A DNA stretch of 64,000 nucleotides from a virus (IMGVR_UViG_3300031760_000028:18871-82870); one strand, 5' to 3'. Positions 40,010 to 50,448 are shown, numbered from the stretch's first letter. Numbers and translations: made by a program. Notes: a model not told the origin generated them from the sequence alone.

Positions 40010-41323
40010 TCAGCCTGCTGGCACAACAGTTACTGTATAAGTACCTGACTCATATCCTTCAGCACTGGCTGTAATTGTTACAGTTCCTACTGCGACACCT
40101 GAAACTGTACCATCAGATACAGTAGCCTTAGTAGTATCACTTGAACTCCATGTAATAGTAGCTCCATCAGGAATTGATGCTCCGGTTAATGTTAAGCTAC
40201 CATCAACTTCGACAGTATTACTTGCGCCTGTTATAGTAATCTTAGCATTGCCCTTTGTAGTACCTGAGCCTGTACCAAATCCAATGTAATGGCTATCATC
40301 AATTTCTGTACTATCATGTTCAAGAACCTCGTTATGTGGCATTATAGGATTGATTATCTTATCAGCATTGGTCTGATCCTCAATTACCTGAATTACACAA
40401 AGAACCTCTTTTGACTTATCGAAATAAGTATATCCTGGAAGAGCATCCATTGTAAAAGTAAATGTAGAAGGGTCTCCAGTACTAGAAAGAGAAAATGATA
40501 AATTAGACTGAATCTTAACATTTGGGAATGTTAAGTTAGCTGGCATATCAATACCATCTTTCTTACGTCTAAATAATGTATCAGCTTCAACATAATAGTT
40601 GCCAGCAAAGTTATCAGCAGCAATCTGAAGTTCATCAACAGCCTGAGCATTCTTATCAAGATAGTAGTCTACGAATACAGCAATCTGTTCTCCATCTGTA
40701 AGAGTCTTTGCTGAACCAGCCCAAGACTGCTTACCTATTACACTTGGCTTAGTAATTCTAATTGCCTGATATACACCGTCTCCACTAGCCGGTGTAAAAG
40801 TAGAACCAGATATTGTACCTATTTCAACCTTAGAGCCTTCAATCATTTCACCTGTAATATCACCTGAATCATCTGTAATAATTACAAAGATTGGAGAGTC
40901 ATTTGTTGAACATAATGTCTCCTGTGCACCAAGCACTTCTGATAAATCAATAGTTGCAACCTGACTCGCGCCGGTGCCGCTAATTTTCATTGTAGCAGTG
41001 CTAGTTGTGTGGAAATGAACTTTTGAAATTGTTGAGCTGCCTTGGAATAAATCTGCTCCAGAAAGCATCGCAAGAGAAATTGGCGAAAGTAAAGCGTCTT
41101 CTACAGTGAAAGTAAGAGTTTTCTCACCTTCCCAAGAAATCAGACGAACGTTACCTCTACCACCTCGTGCATATACAGATGTAGTAGACTGCTCAACAGT
41201 TGAAGTTGTTGCTGAATCAATATAAAGAACTGGTTGTCCAGCTTTGAACTTATATTTACCAATATTAGTAGGAGTCTTAGCTCTAAATACTATATTGGCA
41301 CATTCTCTAACTCCAAATTTCAT
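40010..41323 (-). CDS. Major tail tube protein with an in-frame C-terminal Ig-like (Big2) domain
   Basis: MKFGVRE start; C-terminal TWSSSDTTKATVSDGTVSGVAVGTVTITA Big2 signature. Confidence 0.75.
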   Translation of the reverse strand: MKFGVRECANIVFRAKTPTNIGKYKFKAGQPVLYIDSATTSTVEQSTTSVYARGGRGNVRLISWEGEKTLTFTVEDALLSPISLAMLSGADLFQGSSTISKVHFHTTSTATMKISGTGASQVATIDLSEVLGAQETLCSTNDSPIFVIITDDSGDITGEMIEGSKVEIGTISGSTFTPASGDGVYQAIRITKPSVIGKQSWAGSAKTLTDGEQIAVFVDYYLDKNAQAVDELQIAADNFAGNYYVEADTLFRRKKDGIDMPANLTFPNVKIQSNLSFSLSSTGDPSTFTFTMDALPGYTYFDKSKEVLCVIQVIEDQTNADKIINPIMPHNEVLEHDSTEIDDSHYIGFGTGSGTTKGNAKITITGASNTVEVDGSLTLTGASIPDGATITWSSSDTTKATVSDGTVSGVAVGTVTITASAEGYESGTYTVTVVPAG

Positions 41324-41346
41324 ATTTGTTTTCCTCCTTTTTTATT

Positions 41347-42141
41347 TTAATCATCATCGTTGTTGTGATCACCAAAGACTGCGGTTGCCTGCCAATCTTT
41401 AGCATCCTTTATACCTGTTGCTCCAGCAAGTTTAGCTTGGATTGTATATTCAAAAGCTTGTTTTAAATTAAAGCGTTTGAACTCTTCAATTAATTGAAAA
41501 ACTGAATAATTACTTAAAGTATTTTTATCTTTACCTTCTCCTACTGCAAGAATGTCTATATATCTACAAAAGATACTTTCCATCTCGCTGTATCTATTTC
41601 GCTCTTTCTCTATTTCTGCGAGTAACATCTTTCTTTTTTGGAGTTTCTCGGCTATGGCGCGAGCGCGTTCTCCGACCGGGTTATATTCATTGTCTGCCGC
41701 ATTTGTAAATTCTGCCAAACAAAAGACGTCATAGATAATTTGTCCAAATTTTTCAAAATTTGAATTGTCAAGAATATGAATAGCTTTATTACCATTATTT
41801 TCTTGTAAAATTATAGAATTAGTAAACATAATATTATATTCAGGAAAAAGTAAATATAAGACTTGTTTAATTGCGTCTGATACTTGTTTTCCTTTATCAG
41901 TTTTTTCTTGAATAATTGTCATAAGTATATCAAAATTAGAAGCTTGAGATGGGTTAATCTTGTCCTCAATATTTGAGTAATTTTTAGATAAAGCATTTGC
42001 GCCCATTAAAAAAGAAGATTCTGCCCCACTCATTTCAATTTCTTTTACTGAAGGTTGATAGATAGTAATTTGAGCTTCTGGGAAAGGAATTGGTGCTCTC
42101 GTATCAAGTAAACCTTGAGATACTACCGGCTGTCTTTGCAT
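41347..42141 (-). CDS. Tail-associated or chaperone-like protein
   Basis: 264 aa; C-terminal FQLIEEFKRF...IQAKLAGA; positional assignment. Confidence 0.4.
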   Translation of the reverse strand: MQRQPVVSQGLLDTRAPIPFPEAQITIYQPSVKEIEMSGAESSFLMGANALSKNYSNIEDKINPSQASNFDILMTIIQEKTDKGKQVSDAIKQVLYLLFPEYNIMFTNSIILQENNGNKAIHILDNSNFEKFGQIIYDVFCLAEFTNAADNEYNPVGERARAIAEKLQKRKMLLAEIEKERNRYSEMESIFCRYIDILAVGEGKDKNTLSNYSVFQLIEEFKRFNLKQAFEYTIQAKLAGATGIKDAKDWQATAVFGDHNNDDD

Positions 42142-42731
42142 TATTTACTCGATAATTCTTCTAACTTAGCATCATCTTCTGTAAAATGCACCGCTGCATA
42201 AGACAAAGTATACCCCGCTAAATTAGAATTTAAAATTAATTCTTGACAACCTAAGAACATAAATTTCCCAACTCCAGATAACCTACTCATATTTAAAATA
42301 CCATCTATATATCCAGCAATCATTAAAGGCCTAAGTCGAAAATCGTCCATCTGCCATTGTTTCGTGTTGCATATAATATCAAAAGTAACCATACAATCTC
42401 TGAACCGCTCATTTACTGGATTCGTAGTAAAATTATCAAAAGATAAGAGTAAATAGGATTGAACTTCTTCATGCTCTTTTAGTTCTAATCTAGGACTAAA
42501 TCTAATATAAGTTTTATCATATAAATCATGAATAGAATATTGGTTTACAATATCGTCATACCTAGTAATATTAGAATCAAGACAATCAGGCGTATTAATA
42601 ATCAATAGTCTCTTAAGCCAATTTCCATATTTACCGCTTTCAATAAATAGTCTATTTAAAATTAACTCAGTATCTTGCGGACAAGATAAAAAAGAAGATT
42701 GTATAGGATCAATCCTAGCATTTCTTTGCAT
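42141..42731 (-). CDS. Putative tail terminator/neck protein
   Basis: 196 aa, between the head-closure and tail genes; positional assignment. Confidence 0.4.
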   Translation of the reverse strand: MQRNARIDPIQSSFLSCPQDTELILNRLFIESGKYGNWLKRLLIINTPDCLDSNITRYDDIVNQYSIHDLYDKTYIRFSPRLELKEHEEVQSYLLLSFDNFTTNPVNERFRDCMVTFDIICNTKQWQMDDFRLRPLMIAGYIDGILNMSRLSGVGKFMFLGCQELILNSNLAGYTLSYAAVHFTEDDAKLEELSSK

Positions 42732-42757
42732 TATTTATTCTCCTTTTATCTCTTCCT

Positions 42758-43774
42758 TTACATAGATTTTATGATAATATGTTTAATTTTTTGATTACCA
42801 TAAAAAATATCTAAGTCACCAGTTTTCCCATTTAAAAGTTGAAAAGTTGCAATAGTTTCATTCTCTGAAACAACAGCATCTTCTATCTTTAAATTAATTC
42901 CAGAAGTTTTATTTTTTACTTCCCATAAAGCATCAGGAATATATAAAGTGCGCACTGCAAATCGGTCATAAGGATATACTACAAGATCTTCATACTTATC
43001 ATAATTATCTTGTATCTTTTGTTGCTCTTGCGCGCTAATCTCTTCAAACTGATTATTAAAATATTCTTTAACATGAACTTCTAAAATATCTTCAACTGAA
43101 TTTGGGTTTACCGCTTGAACTTCCCACGGTTCTAATGTTCCTTCTATATTAGGAAGTTTAATAATCTTAAAACGCTTAAAAGTATTGAAAGTTTTTTCGT
43201 CTCTCTTAATATAAATTACTCTTGTATAATTTAATTGATTATAAACTTCTTTATTTTTTCTAATCCAATCTAAAGTTTCTTGATTCTCTCCAACAGAAGA
43301 AAACCAGTACTGTACACCTTCTATCTCAAGCGGATACGGGTAACATTTTCGAATATCTGCCCTAAAATAAGCTAATTCTGTTAAATATCTTAATGTAATC
43401 AACCAACGAGTGCCTGTTTCCTTCCAAATAAAAGTGGTTCCGCACTTAATAGGAATTTTAACTCTTCCCTCGGACATTTTTCCAATTCTTGGTTTATTTA
43501 AACAAATATCTTCAAAAGGTACTGATAGCATCTTCTTATCTTCATTAAACGTAGTTTTATCAGGATTAATTAAGCATCTAAATTCAAGCGTTTGAGGTTC
43601 ATCATTAGATGAATTATCTATATAATCAGGATTTTCAATAATCATGGTGTCAGCTTGATAAGAGTCTAACAGACCTTTTCGCAAACTGCGGTCTTTATCT
43701 TTTATCATTCGACTTTGCTGCTTCCCGCCACCATTATATTGCAATCTTCGTTTCATATTTTCTAAAGCTTGCAT
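42758..43774 (-). CDS. Putative head-closure/neck protein
   Basis: 338 aa within the head-tail joining cluster. Confidence 0.4.
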   Translation of the reverse strand: MQALENMKRRLQYNGGGKQQSRMIKDKDRSLRKGLLDSYQADTMIIENPDYIDNSSNDEPQTLEFRCLINPDKTTFNEDKKMLSVPFEDICLNKPRIGKMSEGRVKIPIKCGTTFIWKETGTRWLITLRYLTELAYFRADIRKCYPYPLEIEGVQYWFSSVGENQETLDWIRKNKEVYNQLNYTRVIYIKRDEKTFNTFKRFKIIKLPNIEGTLEPWEVQAVNPNSVEDILEVHVKEYFNNQFEEISAQEQQKIQDNYDKYEDLVVYPYDRFAVRTLYIPDALWEVKNKTSGINLKIEDAVVSENETIATFQLLNGKTGDLDIFYGNQKIKHIIIKSM

Positions 43775-43776
43775 AT

Positions 43777-44115
43777 TTAACTTATTTTACTTAGCAAAGC
43801 TAGACATTCAAAAATAGTTCTGCGATATAAAGGCATATCTTTGTCGTCCGCTAAGCTAAATAAACCTTCCAATTTACAAATAACTGGGAATAAATCAGAC
43901 TGCAAGTCGAAAACCAGTCTATCCATCCCAACAAGTTCTTCTATTATAGTTTCTAAAGGTTTTTCCCAGTCATTTCCTTCCTCGCGCATTGGAAGTAATT
44001 TATAAACTAAATTAATAATTCGTTTGAGGTTATGATTTAATGTTTCATTACTAACCTCAAAATTATATTTAGTCTTCATACCAAAAATCTTCTTTTTGAG
44101 TTTCCGGATCTTCAT
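43777..44115 (-). CDS. Hypothetical virion-cluster protein
   Basis: 112-aa ORF overlapping the previous gene; the true start may lie downstream (MKTKY). Confidence 0.6.
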   Translation of the reverse strand: MKIRKLKKKIFGMKTKYNFEVSNETLNHNLKRIINLVYKLLPMREEGNDWEKPLETIIEELVGMDRLVFDLQSDLFPVICKLEGLFSLADDKDMPLYRRTIFECLALLSKIS

Positions 44116-44614
44116 TACCTTGCGCGAATGGGTAAGTTAAATCCTCCATAATAGTGTGCATTGTAGAACGATAAACACCATTAGAATCTTTCTTTCTACG
44201 TTTATACAATCTTTGGAGATGAAAACCTTTTCTTTCATACTCTTTTTGAAGACTCTGTAATTTCGCTAAATGATTAGCTTGAGAAGTTAATTTAAAGTCT
44301 GCTCCGCTGTATTTCATTCGGGTATTTTCGATACTAGCAAGCTGCTGGCCAATCCATTCTACCGTCATGTAAATAGCTAAAATTTTAATTTCCTCTGCGC
44401 TTAAATCACTAAGAAAATACCCTTCTTGACCATCATCCCCGCCTTCATTAATTAGCTCAAATTCTAGCGACTTCCGCGGAAATTCAAACCACGGAATCGC
44501 AGATTCAAGTAAATCAAAAAGCATATTTGTAGTATCTTCATGTGTCATTTCCATATACATATCATCAGTAATCTGTCTAAGGAACGCATTATACACAATA
44601 TTAAAATCGGTCAT
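44069..44614 (-). CDS. Putative head-tail adaptor
   Basis: 181-aa helical protein downstream of the capsid gene; positional assignment. Confidence 0.45.
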   Translation of the reverse strand: MTDFNIVYNAFLRQITDDMYMEMTHEDTTNMLFDLLESAIPWFEFPRKSLEFELINEGGDDGQEGYFLSDLSAEEIKILAIYMTVEWIGQQLASIENTRMKYSGADFKLTSQANHLAKLQSLQKEYERKGFHLQRLYKRRKKDSNGVYRSTMHTIMEDLTYPFAQGNEDPETQKEDFWYED

Positions 44615-44636
44615 GTTATTTGTTCCTCCTTACGTT

Positions 44637-45191
44637 TTATTTTGTTGATGATTGAACTACTTTTCTAACAGGTCCTTGTGTAGTAGTTGGAATAGATGCT
44701 TTTCGAGTAGGCTTATGCTGTTCAGCATCTTCTCCTTCAGCGGCCTTTGCATTTACAATCGCATTAGTAACACTAAATCCGGTTTTCTTTAATATAAGAT
44801 CTCTTTTACCAATATCATTTAAAGGCAATGAAACTGATAAAGTTTTAATTAGCTCAATAACCCCTACAGGAGCAAAATTGAGAAGGTCTTCAAATTCATC
44901 CAACGACCCACTTATCATAAGCCTGCGCACATCTTCATCAGTATAATTATACTCTGGCTCGACCTGTCCAAGTAATTCTTGAATCGCCTCTTCATCTTTG
45001 ATAATTAAATAGTTTTCAATGATATAGTTACCACCCGGAACTTGAGATAACATAAATAATTCCTCAAAAGGAATATTCTTTAATTCATTAGGTTGATAAT
45101 CTCTATGTAAATTATTTAAGTCAGGAATCGTATATCCGACTCTTCCTTGTCCTCTGTTTTGAACTGCTATAATTTTATCCTTTGCGATCAT
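44637..45191 (-). CDS. Hypothetical virion-cluster protein
   Basis: 184 aa with AAGGAG RBS. Confidence 0.65.
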   Translation of the reverse strand: MIAKDKIIAVQNRGQGRVGYTIPDLNNLHRDYQPNELKNIPFEELFMLSQVPGGNYIIENYLIIKDEEAIQELLGQVEPEYNYTDEDVRRLMISGSLDEFEDLLNFAPVGVIELIKTLSVSLPLNDIGKRDLILKKTGFSVTNAIVNAKAAEGEDAEQHKPTRKASIPTTTQGPVRKVVQSSTK

Positions 45192-45227
45192 ATTTAATTC
45201 TCCTTTTATCTCTTAAAATATATATAG

Positions 45228-45260
45228 ATATAAGGGAGATTTTTACAATCTCCCTTATTA
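45228..45260 (-). terminator. Hairpin terminator after the major capsid gene
   Basis: ATAAGGGAGATT...AATCTCCCTTAT inverted repeat. Confidence 0.7.
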
Positions 45261-45277
45261 TATTTATAGTTTTACTA

Positions 45278-46360
45278 TTACTGTCTAACTTCAGCAAGTC
45301 CTGGAGCAGCATGTAATACAAGTGTTGTAGCTGTAGGAGCAAGAGCTGTAATCTGATATGCGCAGATACCATTATTAAGACCTACCATACCTACACCAAA
45401 CTTCTTATAAGTCTGGATTTCTCTTGACCAGTCTTTGTTCTCCCAATCTCTAACAGCTGCGCCACCCTCAAAAGCAATCTTAATTGGCTTATCTGCTCCT
45501 GTTGGGATAATGTAAGCCCATGAAGGATCAATTACTTTCACTGTATTAGAGCTATCCTCAAAAGAGTTTGGAAGTATAACTACGTTATGTCCCTTATAAT
45601 TAGCAAGATAACCTGTGTTCCACATTGCGTTCTTCTGTTCGTTTGAAATCCAGTTATTATCTGGAACCATCTTCGCAGCAAATTCAAAAGTACAGTAAAT
45701 AGTAGCCTTTCCATAAGCATCTGCAATCTGAAGAAGATTATCCATCTTAGACTGAACGAAACCTGTATCAGAATCCTTATTTGGAGCTGTTAAATTGCTT
45801 ACGCAAGTCTTCAGTGCCTTTGCAATCTCACGATATACGCACTCATCAAGACCGTCGTTAATAACTTCAAGGACATCCGCCATATCAATTCTTCCATCAA
45901 GGTATTCCTCAAAACCTATCTGAGCGGCTCCACCCCATGCCTCTGTAGGTACTTCAAGAGTATATCCATCTAACTTGAATACTTCATATACACCTGCTGC
46001 GCCAACCTTTGTAACAAATCTCTGCGCTCTCTTCTTAGAAGCGTTAGACACTTTAACTGAGAAAATTGGCTTCTCGCCTTGAGCGAATGTACGAATATCT
46101 GCGAACATTCCATACTGCTCAAGAACACGTCTTGGCTGAGTCTCATTGATAATTTCTTCCATCAGCGCAAACAGTGTATTTTTATTTTCTCTAAAGAGTG
46201 CATATGTGCCCGCAATCTCTTTTAACTCTGCACGAAGAGTCTTATCTAAATCATCATAACTATATTGTTTATCACCAAAGCTATAAGCCACAGCAGCAGA
46301 AGGATTAGCTTTTGCAACTGTCTTAGCAAGAGTAATAAGGTCTTTCTTATTTAATGCCAT
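45278..46360 (-). CDS. Major capsid protein (HK97-like)
   Basis: 360 aa following the protease and decoration genes; strong GAAGGAGG RBS, high-expression codon bias (AAG/GAG/CAG) and a terminator after it. Confidence 0.75.
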   Translation of the reverse strand: MALNKKDLITLAKTVAKANPSAAVAYSFGDKQYSYDDLDKTLRAELKEIAGTYALFRENKNTLFALMEEIINETQPRRVLEQYGMFADIRTFAQGEKPIFSVKVSNASKKRAQRFVTKVGAAGVYEVFKLDGYTLEVPTEAWGGAAQIGFEEYLDGRIDMADVLEVINDGLDECVYREIAKALKTCVSNLTAPNKDSDTGFVQSKMDNLLQIADAYGKATIYCTFEFAAKMVPDNNWISNEQKNAMWNTGYLANYKGHNVVILPNSFEDSSNTVKVIDPSWAYIIPTGADKPIKIAFEGGAAVRDWENKDWSREIQTYKKFGVGMVGLNNGICAYQITALAPTATTLVLHAAPGLAEVRQ

Positions 46361-46381
46361 ATTGTTAGTCCTCCTTCTAAA

Positions 46382-46921
46382 TTAAATAACTCTCTGTAAC
46401 TTTACTGCTTGAGATACAGCATCTGGCATTTCTGTAATCTCTACAACCCTAAATGCAGGTGCAGTAGCAGTTTCGCCAGTTCCAAGAACCTCAAGGTATC
46501 CATTAGTACCAACTACTAAGGTATCTCCCTTGTTAATAGTAACTGCTGTAGTTTCTGCGGTATTTGAAGTATTAGGTCCACCAACTGTATTTGTTGTATA
46601 AATATCTCCAAGATTTGTCTTAAGACATCTTGGAACCATCTCTCCGTCAACGCAATCAGTCTTATTCATTGCGTAATCCTTATGATTCTGGTATCTTGGA
46701 TCATACAGCTTTTCCTCATTATAAACTAAAAGCCACTCACCCGGAACTGAAGCGTCAGCAACAGCTTTTCTATTAGCATAGTCATACTTTAAAAACTGAC
46801 CATTTTCAATTACTGTAAGGTTTGCGTCTGCAATGAGCTGTGCGTAGATCTGTCCTGTTCTTTGAGCAGAAAGATGATTAGGCTCTACCTGACCATAACC
46901 TTTTCTTTTAATACTTGCCAT
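46382..46921 (-). CDS. Capsid decoration/cement protein
   Basis: 179 aa between the protease and MCP genes, with the same high-expression codon bias. Confidence 0.55.
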   Translation of the reverse strand: MASIKRKGYGQVEPNHLSAQRTGQIYAQLIADANLTVIENGQFLKYDYANRKAVADASVPGEWLLVYNEEKLYDPRYQNHKDYAMNKTDCVDGEMVPRCLKTNLGDIYTTNTVGGPNTSNTAETTAVTINKGDTLVVGTNGYLEVLGTGETATAPAFRVVEITEMPDAVSQAVKLQRVI

Positions 46922-46942
46922 GTATATTTCCTCCTTATAATT

Positions 46943-48331
46943 TTATTGACCAATACAACTGTCTATTGCAGCAACCCACGCTGGTTTTTCAGCGACTTGA
47001 GAATCAACAGTTACTGTAATACTATTGTCGTTTAAATTTGTATAATTAACCTTTTTATCAAAACATATTACTGCCAGCTTTGACTTAATTTGGTCTAAAC
47101 TATACTCTGATTTATGCTCAATGACATCTTGTTTATCTTCGTCTGAAAGCATATAAAACTCTGCAATAACATCGTCTTTCTTTTCATCCTCAATTTGAAG
47201 AATGTACTTCTTAGCTTCCGCAAGTTGTTCTGCGGTTTTATGAGCTTCTTCCTGAAGTGCTTCAAAATCAGCTTGGAGCTGAGTGAATTGCGCTTGAAGA
47301 AGAGTGAACTTCTTGTGAACGTCTTCATCATCCTCTTTAGAGTCATCCTCTTCAGAAGTCTCTTCTTTGTCCTTAGAATCACTTTCTTCTTTATCTTCTT
47401 TTGCAGCGTACTCAATAGAATCAGCATCCTCAATAGGATCACTAACAGCTTCCTCAGTTATAACCTCAGAACTGTCTACTGATTCAAGAGTATCTTGATG
47501 CTCTTCAGTTGATGTAAATAATGCATCAGCTGCAGAAGTAACTTCTTCAGGAGTTGAGTCAGTACTTTCAACAAGAGACGAATCAACTTCAACATTCTTT
47601 AATTCATCTTCCACTTTATGACTACCTCCTTTTTGTAAAGCATATTGTAGTTCTTGCATCATTCCAAATAATGTTTGTTTAAATTCATTGTTTAAAGTAA
47701 AATTTCTACTTACATTAGGAGCTGTAATAGAGGCGCCTTCAAAACAAGGTTCCACGTCATCTCCTAAAATACATAATTTAGAAAAGACTGCGTCATTGAT
47801 TATGAAAAATTCATAATCTGTATTAGAATCTTTTGTCCAAAAACCTGATAAAGTTTTTGCATCTAATTCCATTGATTGAGGTTTCCCGCCATCGTCTAAA
47901 ACCTGCTGGGCTTCCTCAAATTGACCTGTCCATAAATATCCTTTAGTCATAAGATAAGTTCTAATAACATATGAATTAGATTCCTCATCCATGTCTTGAA
48001 AATCCTGAAACCAAACTGGCGCATTAGGAGCGACAAACCCAAACGGCTTCGTTAGAATATTAAAATGAAGTCCATCGCCATCTTGTACGATTTGCTCGCC
48101 ATGATCTCGAAAGTCTCCTTCTTCTTGCTTATAATATCCTACAATAGGCGCTCCTCTTAAAGTCTTCGCCATTCTAGTAGCACTATCTTTGTCTATAGAA
48201 GTGCCATTTCTATTCTTCCCTAAATATAAAACTTTAATATCACACTCAGAGAGCATAGGATTAATTTCAAGAGGTTGTAAATTAATGAACTCTGGTCCGT
48301 TTATTGTAGCAATAGACTGATAATTATTCAT
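46943..48331 (-). CDS. Prohead protease with acidic scaffold domain
   Basis: NRNGT, PIVGY, DHG, QSMEL and LCILG...PCFE protease motifs; long acidic coiled-coil C-terminus. Confidence 0.7.
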   Translation of the reverse strand: MNNYQSIATINGPEFINLQPLEINPMLSECDIKVLYLGKNRNGTSIDKDSATRMAKTLRGAPIVGYYKQEEGDFRDHGEQIVQDGDGLHFNILTKPFGFVAPNAPVWFQDFQDMDEESNSYVIRTYLMTKGYLWTGQFEEAQQVLDDGGKPQSMELDAKTLSGFWTKDSNTDYEFFIINDAVFSKLCILGDDVEPCFEGASITAPNVSRNFTLNNEFKQTLFGMMQELQYALQKGGSHKVEDELKNVEVDSSLVESTDSTPEEVTSAADALFTSTEEHQDTLESVDSSEVITEEAVSDPIEDADSIEYAAKEDKEESDSKDKEETSEEDDSKEDDEDVHKKFTLLQAQFTQLQADFEALQEEAHKTAEQLAEAKKYILQIEDEKKDDVIAEFYMLSDEDKQDVIEHKSEYSLDQIKSKLAVICFDKKVNYTNLNDNSITVTVDSQVAEKPAWVAAIDSCIGQ

Positions 48332-48359
48332 TTAACAAAAATCCTCCTTTATATTATAT

Positions 48360-50024
48360 TTAACTTTTGCTCTCAATGTTTTGAAGAGTTTTGGTTGATT
48401 TTTCGTCATCTGATTTTTCAGGGCGCCCCGCGCCATTCTCGCCATCGCCATTTAATGCAGTTAATCCAGTTCTTCGTCTACCAGTCTGCTGTTGAGCTAG
48501 CGCATCTGCATTCATAGTATTTGAAGTGAGCGGCGGTACGAATACAGTAACTAAATTGAGTAAATCATTTTCAAAGAACGCATTTGCTAATATAGTGCTT
48601 TGAGAAAGACCTAAAGCAATTTGCGGAAGCATCTTTGAATAACCCATTTGAGTTTGTTCTTTATACATTTTTGAAAGTTCTTTATAATCATAGATTGTTG
48701 TTGGTAACAACTGTACTTTATAATAGGCCTTTTGAGGACTCTTATTAAAATTCAATAAAAGTAAATCCATAAAACTTTCAAATTGATATAATAAATTACT
48801 CATCATTGCGCTATCATTTAAAATAGATTTTTCAAGAGCAATATTACCATCTGTATTAAATTGCATTTGTGATACACCAGCTTCATTATAAACTGCTCGC
48901 TCAACTTTTGTTAAATCATCTACTGTAGTAGTAGTATTTCTATCAGCCATATCTGCAACTTCTACATCAGCAAATGTAGTTAGTACATCAATACCAATAG
49001 CTCGGCTAAGCATCTTAACAGCGTTGTTATGAAGTTGCTGCGCTTCCTCAGGGTCAAATACTAACTCGCCATTCTTATCTATTGGCAGTTTCTGAACAAT
49101 AATTTTCAGAAGCTTTTGAGCCATTTTCTTTCTATCTAACTCCTGAGCTGCATCTAGGTCTATTATAGCTGGGATAACTGCCGCCATTAATGGCATATCA
49201 TTATCATTTATATTAAATTTAAATGCTCGGTCGGGATCTAGCATATACCACCCTGGCGCATCACCCCGATAATCTCCTTTCAGCTTTCCTTTTTTGTATA
49301 ACCTATATCCAGTATGAAATTCTTCTGGGTATAATTTTAACACTTTCTTACGATATTCTTCATCGGGATAATAGTCATCAAAATATTTCATATTAAATTC
49401 AATTACTGGTCTGTTATTCTTCTTAAATCGAGTTCTGCAATACTCTCTTGTTAATTCTTGTATTATTGGTCCTGTTGGAGTATGAACTATATAACCATAA
49501 TAACATCCATCACGAATAATAGATAAAGCAATTTCTCCTAATACAAGTTTAGCTCTAAAATTATCAAGATAATTTAATACTTTAAAAAAATTATCTAAAA
49601 TTTTATATACATCTTTTGCGGCAACGTCTCCATTATCACTATCAACAGGATAGGTATCTCCGCCATTAATATATGGCACTACATACCAATCGTATCTATA
49701 TAGATAAGCTAAATATCTACATAACCTAGAGTATATACCACTTGTACGATAATAAAAATTAGAAATTTCTCTTACTGTTTTAACATCATTTCTATCAATA
49801 GCCCGTAAAACATATTCTTTATCACTAAAATTACCATTAACCTTCTTTAATGTTGTGGTTATAACCGCGTCAGCTAAAGTTTGAGTTCCAACTTTAATTT
49901 TAGAAAAATCAATTACGCCAGTAGATGAATCAAGAGGATAATCATTATTTTCGCCAAATGATGGGCGAATATTAAAATCTCTCATTTCGCCATTCTTCCA
50001 GCGCCTGTCTTTCATATATTCCAT
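48360..50024 (-). CDS. Portal protein
   Basis: 554 aa between terL and the protease; helical, with AGVSQMQF and MLPQIALG segments. Confidence 0.7.
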   Translation of the reverse strand: MEYMKDRRWKNGEMRDFNIRPSFGENNDYPLDSSTGVIDFSKIKVGTQTLADAVITTTLKKVNGNFSDKEYVLRAIDRNDVKTVREISNFYYRTSGIYSRLCRYLAYLYRYDWYVVPYINGGDTYPVDSDNGDVAAKDVYKILDNFFKVLNYLDNFRAKLVLGEIALSIIRDGCYYGYIVHTPTGPIIQELTREYCRTRFKKNNRPVIEFNMKYFDDYYPDEEYRKKVLKLYPEEFHTGYRLYKKGKLKGDYRGDAPGWYMLDPDRAFKFNINDNDMPLMAAVIPAIIDLDAAQELDRKKMAQKLLKIIVQKLPIDKNGELVFDPEEAQQLHNNAVKMLSRAIGIDVLTTFADVEVADMADRNTTTTVDDLTKVERAVYNEAGVSQMQFNTDGNIALEKSILNDSAMMSNLLYQFESFMDLLLLNFNKSPQKAYYKVQLLPTTIYDYKELSKMYKEQTQMGYSKMLPQIALGLSQSTILANAFFENDLLNLVTVFVPPLTSNTMNADALAQQQTGRRRTGLTALNGDGENGAGRPEKSDDEKSTKTLQNIESKS

Positions 50025-50034
50025 CGTATTCTCC

Positions 50035-50398
50035 TTAATATCCTGCTTTATTCATTATGTAGTCATAGCTTATAATATATTCGTCTGTATATGGGATTTC
50101 AATTAATTTTAAATTATGCTTTTTACAATATTCTCTCTTCTTCATATCATTAAATTGCTGCTTTTGTAAGCCAGACCATCCACCAAATTTTTCTTTCGGT
50201 TGATAATGTTGGATACCTTGATATTCAATTAAAAAATCTATGTCTCCGCCATCATCAAAGACCGCAAAATCAAAGCGAGGGTCGAAGAGGACGTCCTGTA
50301 TTACTTAATAAATCATTAAAGCTATACTCCTCTATAAAATCAAGCCCTGCTTCATCTAAAACTTCAGCAATCGTAATTTCTCCACGACTCGCCCTCAT
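50035..50398 (-). pseudogene. Frameshifted PD-(D/E)xK (Vsr/DUF559-like) nuclease gene
   Basis: GGAGG RBS; MRASRGE...GRPL, then 7 extra nt (CGACCCT, 50284-50278), then RFDFAVFDD...LIEYQGIQHY...NDMKKREYC. Removing the 7 nt gives a 118-aa ORF. Confidence 0.7.
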
Positions 50399-50448
50399 CT
50401 GTATCTCACCTCCCTAAGCATAAAAGCTCTTAGTTTTGACTTTATATA

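Noticed and set aside
45175-45372. Frameshift-added C-terminal extension of the major capsid protein
   Set aside because: The MCP ends with TAA TAG TAA followed by a terminator, and the alternative-frame ORF has no recognisable domain.
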